DNA of 63,956 bases, the filler included, from Reticulomyxa filosa (taxonomy: Eukaryota > Protista > Foraminifera): the NCBI GenBank assembly GCA_000512085.1. It is 25 parts of 25 records of this genome, joined end to end, with 100 filler letters (N's around TTAATTAATTAA, not from the genome) between each part and the next. Parts side by side here need not be neighbours in the genome. Positions count along the whole stretch, not along the records: positions 51,218 to 54,002 come from ASPP01005366.1; positions 54,103 to 55,684 come from ASPP01024817.1; positions 55,785 to 58,648 come from ASPP01021709.1; positions 58,749 to 60,119 come from ASPP01002975.1; positions 60,220 to 63,956 come from ASPP01025520.1; 20 more parts are not named here. One strand, written 5' to 3'. Shown here piece by piece: positions 51,559-61,935 of the stretch (positions are counted from its first letter, which is position 1; each line of letters starts with the position of its first letter). The position numbers and the translations under genes were made by a program. The notes beneath the pieces were generated by a model, which saw only the letters and a program-made list of their open reading frames with translations, had not been told where the DNA came from and did no database searches.

Positions 51559-53314
51559 TTAATCAGTGACGTTCTCGGATTTGGAATTGTCAGTTTGATG
51601 TGAAGCAATCATCGGATTTGAGTTGATAGAGGCAGATCTGCTCAAATGTTGATGTTGGATTCGATCATGGGATTGAGTTGGTGCGGTTGTGCTTTTTTTC
51701 ACAAATAAGTTCACCAAACAATTGCCGCAGCAACCATCCGAACCACAACACGAACACAAAAACTGTTTTTTAACAAACGGATAGCTCAAATATACGACAA
51801 ATGAATTCATAACATTTTGCGTGGCCAACACGGTTTGATAAATATCCAGTCGATTTGTTGATTGGGTATTGTCGTCTGTGTGATCATCAAATAAATTATT
51901 TGGATGGACGGATTCACTTTCATCGTTTACAACATTCCAATCTCGAAATGATTGCAATCGATTTGTTTTTACCAACAATAAAACACAGACGTCTCTCATG
52001 ATAATACATGCAAAGCCTTTCGTATTTCCATACCCCCCAGGAGAAAAAAAGTACAAACCAACTCCAAACTTTTTCCTCAAACATTTTTGAGTGATTGATA
52101 AAAAAAAATGAACAATATTGCAATATAAAAAAAAAAATCAAAGTTGAACAGACTAAAACAAACATATAATTGCCAGCCAAGTGTATTTCAAGGTGTCATC
52201 AATCAAAATGCTATGCTTTTCATAAATGACTCCAAAGAGAGAGCCATAGCGAATATCTTCATTCGTGTTCATAGTATATACCGTTTGGGTTCCATCACTT
52301 GAAACAGAGGTTCGCTTGTGTTCTTGCGAGCGTGCATTTTCAATTATTTCCATCTTGGATCTCACTAATTGCACACAGTGAAAGAGCCATATTGCTATCA
52401 TCATCATGGCTGTCATCATTTGGTACGAGTATATCGCCAATACCCACACATACAATCGATTCTTGTTTGTGATGCCTACACATATATGAAAGCAATAACA
52501 ACACCAACCTCTCTTTTGTCACTTCGTCCAATTGTTTCAGTTTATAAGTAAACACACACCAAACACCAGATATGTTGCACATTCGATAAATCAGCAAAGT
52601 GAAAGAAACAAAAACGAGCCAATAATACAACTATATTGCACTTTCACAAAAAAAATAAAATTATTTCCTAGATCATACCAATTAATCGAAGCCAATTGTG
52701 TTTGTGGTCAACATTGTCACCACTGAAGTTCGTAAATACTAATAGAAATTCGTCCAATACAACTAGTACAATAAATCCGTAAATAAAAATTTGTTTGCAG
52801 TTATAAGCATTATTGAGAACTTGCCGAAATGAAATATTAATTCGTGATAATTGCAACACACGCAAGCAAAACAGTACAAATAGTAACAATATTGATATGC
52901 CATGTGTCATATCACTCATCACTGTCATAAAGTGAATGTATTTATTTTTTGTCGAATACCATACTACATTCAATGCGATATACAAACCATTACATAGCAA
53001 CACAAGTATAAAAATGATAATTCCTAATCTCGTGTAAGAATAGTATGAAACCTCGAAATATTGAGTGAACGAAAAACGATCTCTCAAATTTGCTTGTGCT
53101 GTGGCTGGTACCAGAATAGAAGGTGTGGACAAGAGAGATTTAACGCTTGTGCTTGGCTTGTTGGTGTGCGCCGTTGATACTGCAGCTCGACTGGAGACAG
53201 TCTACGAGATTTGCTGCAATATCGCTGCTTTAAAAAGAAAATAAATAACCCAAGACAAATAAGAGTGGAAAGGCAAATAATAATACTGCATACATTATGT
53301 CCAGCACTTGCCAT
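51559..53314 (-). CDS. Multi-pass (approximately 7-TM, GPCR-like) membrane protein, multi-exon, apparent frameshift(s)
   Basis: Successive hydrophobic segments in ORFs 53084-53446, 52668-53132, 52340-52630, 52153-52455 and 51559-52080. Cys-rich (CSCCGSDGCCGNC) and Ser-rich cytoplasmic tail. Confidence 0.6.
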
Positions 53315-54922
53315 AGTCACGAATATGAATTCTGTCAAAAAGAAAATTCTGCAAAGTTCTTCAACGTTCTTTCTTGTGGTTAAGTTATTATGGAATAATA
53401 ACGTGCGAGTTTGTGCTATTTTAATGTAACTTTTCAATATATTCAATGATTAGATTATTAATTTCAAAAAAATCAATTAAACGCAGGTATGGACAATAGT
53501 CATGATACACGAAAATGACACCTACCTAATGGTGAGATTTATTTTTTACGTGAATGATAAGCCGTTTTCAAATTTTTAAAAATATCTACAAATCTTCAAG
53601 TGCTCAAGATGTATTTAATTTTTTGTATATTTTTGTTAATTACAGCCATTTTATGTTTCGTGATCACTTTTCTCAAATCGATACTAGCTGTCTTTTATAT
53701 TATTTAGTATATCATATAATGCTTTTTGTTTTCATTTATTTAATACATAAATACAAATAAATTTGCGTTTATTTGCATGTTATTTAACCGCATTTTGTTT
53801 AGATAGTCGCATTCTTTCAATTGTGGACACACCAGCATGTAAAATTTGGTTTCTTCTTGCATGCAATAATGTGAAGTATACAGTAGATTGCAAAAAAACC
53901 GCAATACCTAAATGGCACTATATGAAGAGAATCGATTTTCTCCACTAAAGATTTAAATCTAATTTTTTTAAAAAAATATCTACTAATCTTGTAGTTTTTA
54001 AANNNNNNNNNNNNNNNNNNNNNNNNNNNNNNNNNNNNNNNNNNNNTTAATTAATTAANNNNNNNNNNNNNNNNNNNNNNNNNNNNNNNNNNNNNNNNNN
54101 NNATACCAATCTGCACTGGCAGAAGATAATATACGTTTATCTTCACGAGTATTTGTGTGTGGGGATGCTTACTTTGAGTTGTAGCAAGATCTTTTTTTAA
54201 AAAAATGCTGTGTTAGATTTTGGCTAAAAATTAAGATACTTCCAGTTTGCAACGCTAACGTGTACAGCGTATACTGCTCCAGGACATAATTTGAAGTACA
54301 GTTTTGCATGTTCTTGACATGTATCAATTAATTCAAATATATTAGAAGTAAGAATTTTTTGTCATCTTTTTTCGTGCAAACCCTGGAACTTTTTTCAACT
54401 TTGAACGCCGTTACTTTATAACCTGTTACGGCTGCAACCTTTTTCTCAACTTTTAAGTTAAAATAAGCAAATACTCTACAATATATCATTTCAGTCAATT
54501 TTTCTGATGGGTGGTAAATATAAAGTTTAACGGACGAGGATCGTGATGTATTGTTGGCGAATCAGCAAAATTGAATGATATTTCAACGAAAGCAACAAAA
54601 CAAAAGTTACACAACACAAAAAGCCCTCAAACTGAACAAATGTTTCCCTCCAATAAACAAGTTTTCTTCAAAATTTTAATATACTCTATCTCTCTCCCCT
54701 CCCCGTCATCATCTCCCTTTTTTTAAAAAAAAGAACTCGCACACAGAAGTAGGAGAAAGGGGAAGGGGAAAACGAAGAAATGAGGATTAGAAACAAAACA
54801 AAAACAAAACAGAACAGAACAGAGCAAAACAAAACAATAAAAGACAGAAATAATATATGATGACACACAGTAGAGACAATTGAAATGAAAAAAAGACAAG
54901 CAAAAAAACAAAAGGAAAATAA

Positions 54923-55196
54923 CTATGTCATTTGAAGGATTTGATCAAGTTCATTATGCCCAACAAGACCCTTTTTGGCAATAAAGAAAGTCTTGCAGAG
55001 TTGGATCTGTGTTAAATGTTTTAAGACGGCCTTGTGGCAGTCAACATATAAGAAGTTGTCATGTGGACAGTGTGTCACTTGCATGATTTGCAGTAGGATG
55101 GTCTGTAAACTTGTTCCGCTCCTTTGGCGAAGAGGACAATCACGTCCTTGAATGCGAAGATCTAAATCGATCTCCATTTCGTCATCATCATTATAA

Positions 55197-55228
<32 letters not shown>

Positions 55229-55580
55229 GTTATGATTGGCATTGGCCAGATTTACATTTTCATGATTATCATCGTCATCGATGGTAATGGACTTGGCGGA
55301 AAGGACCTGTCGATCGGTGATGATACGACGACAGTCGTATGTGACATGCGACTGACATTGAATGTCGCCAAGGAGCCGATACAACTCCAATGTGTCCATA
55401 TTCGTGAGGAAATACACAATCACCTCCTTTCGGTGGAGCGCTTCCATACACTGCCGGAATTGCGTTATCCACTCCTGTTCGCTCATCACATACTTACCGA
55501 ACACATTCTCCCAAAAGAACGCGATCACCACAACATTTGATCGCGTATCCACCGCTGTTCTCACAACAAACGCATACTTC
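54923..55580 (-). CDS. HAD-fold-like protein lacking the catalytic DxD, last exon
   Basis: VVVIAFFWENVF / IVYFLTN / FLYVD are spaced like HAD motifs I, II and IV; poly-Asn insert. Confidence 0.4.
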
Positions 55581-55592
55581 CAAAACTCGAGT

Positions 55593-55623
<31 letters not shown>

Positions 55624-55784
55624 CAAATATATTATGTATACGTATGCGTATATGTATATGTGTTAGACATCAAAAAAAAAAAAANNNNNNNNNNNNNNNN
55701 NNNNNNNNNNNNNNNNNNNNNNNNNNNNTTAATTAATTAANNNNNNNNNNNNNNNNNNNNNNNNNNNNNNNNNNNNNNNNNNNN

Positions 55785-56180
55785 CAATACTGGAATCGAT
55801 ATGCCATATCCAGATAATAATTCTGGGTTGTTTTTAAAACCCTTGTAAGTGTATCCCAATATCAGACACATACACATTACACAACATAAAAAGGTTATTG
55901 CCACACACAATAGTAGTTCGTCCGTTGTCTTCATGTGGTATAATTGAGTCATCTTCCAAATAGTGAGTCAAATTATTGACCTTTTTGTTCCTCAAACTGG
56001 TCCAAAAATCAAAACGACACAATCCACAAAAATATTGTTGCAAGCTTTCAATCTTTCTTTTATTATCTCGGGTTATTACTACCTTTCCACTTTTGGCATC
56101 GAAGAGGCAATTATAATGGACAATTTGCTTTGTCCCCTTTCTGTTGAGGTTGTCCCCGTACTGTGCAATTGCTGTGTATA
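55785..56180 (-). CDS. Membrane protein fragment
   Basis: Hydrophobic segment LLLCVAITFLCCVMCMCLILGYTY running into the contig end. Confidence 0.35.
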
Positions 56181-56518
56181 AAAACGAGTTTTTTGTTTAG
56201 TTGGTTTTTTTGGCAGGAAAATGCTCGATGTGAAAAATGTAAGTGTGGTACTGTTTATTATATGAAAAAGATATCAAACGAATTACTTTTGCATGATCGA
56301 TAAAGTCATCACGTGTGTTGCTAATAACACGACACACCACCAGCCTTTTTATGGCAAGGTGAACCAATAAAAGACACAAGTTTCCCTCAATAACACAAAA
56401 CGCGAAAGAAAAACCAGCTGAAAATAAAAAGGCAATAAGGCTTTTACATGTTTATTTTTCAACAAGAAAACGGATGTAGATCCATGGTACTCATCTGTTT
56501 ATTCTCATTGATTGACGT

Positions 56519-58627
56519 TTACATCACAAAACACGATTCAGGAGTCTATGCAAGTCACAAGATTAGTTACAATTGATTATTAAAAAAACAGGGAAAAGAG
56601 TAAAAAAAAAAGTGTTGTCATGGTTTCACGAAACAAATCCTGGAGTATTTGCAGGAATTGGGATGATAGCAAGTTTATGTCGGAAATTTAATTCATCTTC
56701 GACCCAAAGTTCATGTTTGTCTCCTTTCTTAAGTTTTAAGCCTTTCCACAACAAATCCGTTTGCTCTTTCGCGTTGTCGGTCAAACAAACACGAATAATG
56801 TCCTCTGTACACAAAACATAATATAACATTTATCAATACATTAAATATTTCGACAAAGCGGAAAAGCGAAAGGGGAAAGAGGAAAAAAAAGAACGTGATG
56901 AAGGTACGAATAATATTTGTCATGTAAAACAGTTTAATATAACTCGGGTTTAATCTCTTTTCCGGCAAAGACAAGCGCGATGTTTGTTCCGTGTCTGTCA
57001 ACGACCAGCCTTTCAAGATGATTGGTTTATTCCATTGATTTTGCAATTCAAATCCAATCCAATCACCTTCGTACTGTCGAGTTATGCACTCCAATGGGAA
57101 AATAAGATTACTGTCAATTATAGGTCCTTTCACTGATTTCAACACTTTCGCTTCCTTTTTTTGTCATTTGCGCATTTTTTTTTTTTTTACAACCTCGCCC
57201 GCAACATCCATGTGAATATACATCCCCTCCTTTTTTTTTTTCACAACACAAACCATCAGAGTTGAATCAGTACGCCGACGTTTTTTTGAAGGGACAGGAC
57301 TTCTAATGTGATACTTTTCTTCGAACATGTCCAGTTTTTCTTTCAATTTCTGTTATTGACAAAAAAAGTGCATAACACAAATAATATGATAAATGTATAC
57401 ACTTACATAGACATATATTATCTATATTCGTTGGGATGTATATAGAAATTAATGTGATATTCACCTTTTTTTTTTTAAATGTTTGAATTTGCACAAAATT
57501 ATATAATATACGGACAAGCTCAATTATTTACCTCAATTTCATTTCGTAAATCGATATTGCCTTTTTCCACTGTAGTTTTTTCGTCTAAAATTTTTGCTTT
57601 TCTTTTTCTAATTCGTCTACTTTGCTCTTCCAATTTTTCGCATCAGTCTTTTGTTTGTCCAAATCGCTTTTGAGGGCTTCGCGAAGTGGTTTCTAGCGTA
57701 TTTGTGTTTGTTTATTTTTGCAGAGATAAAGTGTACATTATATGTATATTGCGGTGCATTTGTTTAAGGTTTTAGCGTTATATTGTGTTTGTTTGAGTAT
57801 TTAATTTGTTCCCTAAAGACAAAAAAAAATTCCCGAAATTTCGCGTATGGATTGGCGGCAAAAAAAAAAAAGACCTCTCTTTCCAAGTCTTTCAAAGCCT
57901 GTTCTTTTTCTTGCTCAGTTTTTTGTAAATCCTTTTCCAAGTCGGTGATTCTTTTGGTTTGATCATCAACCGTAATGGTCAAGTCTTTGATTTGTTTGGC
58001 CAAGCCATTTTCCAAATTATCCAGTTTCGTTTGGTACATATCTTCCATTTTTTTTTTGAAAAGGTTGTGGTTCTCTTCTTGCTCTTCTAATGCCTATCAA
58101 AATTATATTATTTGGCAATTTGAGCACCAAAGATTCGTGTTTCAAAAAAAAAAAAAAGTCGTTTATCTTTAAGCAACACAAACAAGCAAATAATTCACAC
58201 CTCAGCCAATTGGGCAGCATATTTTTTCTGCAAAGTGCCTTCCGAGTCACCCAACCCTGATTTCAATTGCGCGTTTTCATTGGCCAGTGCTTTGTTTTCT
58301 TCTTCCAAAGCCTTCATTCGCAAGTCAGTCGCGTATTTCAAGTCTTGAATGTCTTGCGCAAGCTTTTACCATTTACAAACAGCCAACGTCTCATCCCATT
58401 TGTATTTCGTTTTAGAGGGGAGGGATTGTAGTGGCATCCAAATTTGGACACCATTTTACATTTGCACACTCAAAAAAAAAACAAAAACAAAACGCAACTC
58501 GGTCTTTTTCTCGAAGGACGTGGCCTTTCTCATTTTTTAGAGTAGCATTATCTTTTTTCACATTATTAAGTTTGGAGTTTGTATCTTGTAAATCCTGTTC
58601 CAATAGCAAAGTTTTTCTATTTGCCAA
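56519..58627 (-). CDS. Nuclear lamin-like protein (coiled-coil rod, SP site, NLS, lamin-tail-like domain, CaaX), 5'-truncated
   Basis: Spliced: rod exons 58627-57532, 57349-57254 (KLKEKLDMFEEKYHIRSPVPSKKRRRT), 57154-56944 (FELQNQWNKPIILKGWSLTD), 56804-56635 and 56545-56519 (TPESCFVM*). The last four introns are GT-AG and frame-compatible. One +1 homopolymer correction is needed at ~57593. Confidence 0.85.
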
Positions 58628-58801
58628 GTAATTTTTTTTTTTTTTTTTNNNNNNNNNNNNNNNNNNNNNNNNNNNNNNNNNNNNNNNNNNNNTTAATTAA
58701 TTAANNNNNNNNNNNNNNNNNNNNNNNNNNNNNNNNNNNNNNNNNNNNTCTTGCAAAACCAAAATAGAAACATCTACATACATATATACTTCATTTTAGA
58801 G

Positions 58802-60050
58802 CTAAATGCATCTAATTGAACCCACGATAGGCAAAACACCGAAATAAACTCCGACGGCGTAAATGAAGATAGCGATGATCAAAAAGGAAAACATGCTGTA
58901 GAGCACATTTAAGAGCGATTTATGCCGTGAAGGATACGTGGAGTTGATCAAGGTCGAGGAGTACGTGTCATCGAAGTACTGTTCCGGAGTCAACATGCGA
59001 TCAAACCATGCGCTCAAAAAGATGTTTTTGGTATCGAGAATACTCCTGATGGAATCGAACTTGCGCCAATAAGAGGCATTGGTGGACAGCACGTAGTTGC
59101 GCAATGGGACAGATCTTTCAATCACTGTCCCTTGTCAAAGCCAGTTTCCTTCATTCGACGTGAGGTCAGCATTGGGATGGTCCACTGGCGGCTCCATTTC
59201 CAAGTCTTCCGGGATTGTCTCGGCTCTTCATCTTCCTCGATTTCCAATTCGCTGCGCGGCTTCGCTATCGATTCCACATCGTTGGCACGAGCAAAGTAGA
59301 CATGGTCGCGTTTGCAATCAAAATATCTTTTGTTGTTGTTTTTGTTTCATCACATTCAACACCTTCCTTCCCCTTTCTCTCTCTCTAATGTCTCATCAAT
59401 GTTCCTATTTCGACAAGAAAGAAGACAACACAAGTTCGTTTTGGCCTACTTTTCGCCTCCAAAGCGTCCATCGCTGCCATGTTCGATGGGATCATCAAGT
59501 TCCAATCCGACCAGTATGGCATTTACCATTGGCGTCTTGCCGATATATTTCACAACGCCTGTTTAGTTTTGTTAATTGTTAATTGTTACTTGTTATTTGT
59601 TTTTCTTCAAGTCATTGCAATGTCTCCTTCTTTTAATTTGCATGTGCGTGTTTGCCCAATGGACACGGCCAAGCAAAGAAAGACATTGTCAAACCTCTCA
59701 AATGAATGATGTAGGGGGGGAGTTTACCAATTTAAAAAAAAAACATATTTTTTTTCTTTAAGCATAACGCGATCCCCAATGTCAAAGAAGGAATCTTCAG
59801 TGCCTATTTTTTCCAAGCGCTTGATGATCATTTCTTTTGCCATAGTTATTTTTGCACTCAAAATAAGCTTGTCCGCCGACTGTCCCATTATGTCCTTTGG
59901 CGCTGGCTTCGTCCAGCTCAATGCCATATCTGACATCTTTGGCAAAGTGGACTTTTCCAATGTATTTGATCGATATTGCTTTTGATATGAGCTAATTGCG
60001 ATCTGATGCAACAATTGAAGGACAGATTTCAATGCCCAAGCAAACTGATA
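58802..60050 (-). pseudogene. CAP-Gly domain protein with C-terminal transmembrane segment; carries frameshift and in-frame stops
   Basis: GDRVML...GVVKYIGKTPMVNAILVGLELDDPIEHGSDGRFGGEK|YFDCKRDHVYFAR is a CAP-Gly domain. TM tail LYSMFSFLIIAIFIYAVGVYFGV. In-frame TGA at ~59136 and a frameshift at ~59220. Confidence 0.75.
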
Positions 60051-60219
60051 GTATTGATATTCACTGGCACAATAAATGTTTAATTATAACTTTTAAAAGA
60101 AAAAATTTTAATTTTTTTCNNNNNNNNNNNNNNNNNNNNNNNNNNNNNNNNNNNNNNNNNNNNTTAATTAATTAANNNNNNNNNNNNNNNNNNNNNNNNN
60201 NNNNNNNNNNNNNNNNNNN

Positions 60220-60668
60220 ACGCGAAATTGATTGAAACAGACGAAGATGTTATTCAAACTTTTAAAACATCAAAACAGCCATTGTTTCAATTGAGTTGGA
60301 AACCTTCACTCTCTGCCAATTTAAACACTACTGTTCGGGTTGTCAGAAATGCTTTGGTGGCAATGATTGGGATTAGTGAGTACGATGACAACAGTGGATG
60401 GCCTAATCATCCCAATATAAAAAAAAATGACATTGTGAATTTCAAAAATCTATTTGAAAAGGAATTGAATTATGACTTTGTTCATAATCAAAAAGCTCGT
60501 ATGACAAAAGAAGACGTCCAAGAATTTTTTGATGATTTGATGCGCAGTCGCAAACTGCATAAAAACTCCATGTGCACATAAAATGACAATCAAAGCATCA
60601 TAATTCATGGAGATACAGGAGACATACTTGTTTTAAATTCATTCGTATTCAGTGGAGATAACGTATAA
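60220..60668 (+). pseudogene. Caspase-like (C14 fold) gene, truncated/pseudogenised
   Basis: NALVAMIGISEYDD...NIKKNDIVNFKNLFEKELNYDFV. After the stop at 60579-60581 the same frame continues SIIIHGDTGDILV (His-Gly motif at 60606-60611). No catalytic Cys region follows. Confidence 0.75.
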
Positions 60669-61277
60669 GAATAAATATTAGAAAAACTAATTATTCCAAT
60701 AAAATATTTAAATTTTCAGTAAAAAGTATATCCAAAAAAAAAATTTACTATTCCATATACACAAAAAATAGATTTCCTCTATAAAAAAAAACCTCGAAAA
60801 AACTTTTTTTGGAGTCGACAAGGATTTTTTTTTGTTTACTGTTTTAGCTTATGGAAAAATTATATTAAAATTTTTATTTGTATGGAAACACTAGGAAATC
60901 GAGAATAAGTCAATAATATTGACTTATAAATGAATTTTTAATGAATTGTCTTCATAGATATCAAAAACAATGATATAATTTCAATTTATAACCCACTTTT
61001 AATAGTCTTGAGAAAGGACATGTGTAGTCAAGAAAAAAACTAAATTCCTTTCCGAGTTTGATGGATTTGCTCTCTTTACTTTGGTAAGCTCAATATGCGG
61101 CACATAAACACGAAACTGCCATTTGTGAAAGTCTTGTTGAAAGATATTATTATTATCATAAAATCTTTTTTTTTTTGAAGCAAAGTGACTTTTACAAAAA
61201 CGGAAAAAATTTTAATATGCAGTAGTTTGCAAAAAATAGCAACATACTGTGCTACTTTATGACATTATAATAATTTA

Positions 61278-61935
61278 TCATACAACTTTGAAACTGAGAT
61301 TTGCAATTTCATCAAATCCATCCAATACTAATAACAATCCACTGTTTGTGTTCATTATACATTTTGTGTCATCTGTATTCCATTGTGGAATATTCAATTT
61401 TTTCATTATCTCTAACCATTGTTTTTTAGTCTTGTCATTATCTCTGTTCTTTAGTTTTTCGAACATGTTTGCAATTTTCCTTAAGGGAATGTGCAATAAT
61501 AATTGAAATCTATCATTCCACATTTGTTTACTTGATCATAGACATGCCATTCTTTGTGCCAATACACTTTTCTCAGTTTCTGCTTCTTCATGAATACTAA
61601 TATGATGCAATTCTAATTCACTTTTTTCTTCTTTCTCTTCCTTTTCTTCAAGTTTTTTGTCCTCAATATCTTCTTTTTTTTTACTTTTTTCCATTTTCCA
61701 AATATCTTCTAATTCTATTGTTTTTTGCTCTTCATGACTTAATATTTGTTTTTCATAAATCGACTTTTGCTTGTGAGCAATAAGTTCTTGCAGGCCATCA
61801 ATTAGACCGGCCATTCTTGATATATTTCTGATTTTTCTTTTTTCTTTTCGTCGTTTTTGTTTGACATTTTATCTTTTCTTTCTTGAAACTGTTGTTGAGT
61901 TAAAAGGACCAATCGAACATAACAGTCGTCAAGTG
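61278..61935 (-). pseudogene. NACHT (STAND NTPase) pseudogene
   Basis: YVRLVLLTQQQFQERK, degenerate Walker A HISIHEEAETEKSVLAQRMA, in-frame TGA at 61536, WNDRFQLLLHIPLRKI, Walker B LLLVLDGFDEIA, then truncation. Confidence 0.85.

Noticed and set aside
1757-60219. Regularly recurring TTAATTAATTAA flanked by Ns, superficially CRISPR-like or a repeat family
   Set aside because: Artificial contig linker with fixed N padding. ORFs ending in XXXX-LIN/N are artefacts, and adjacency across linkers is meaningless.
59130-61540. In-frame TGA codons (NACHT Trp position; CAP-Gly gene) suggesting UGA recoding
   Set aside because: These genes also have frameshifts or other lesions. TGG is used for Trp throughout, and TGA ends the intact DNAAF2 ORF.
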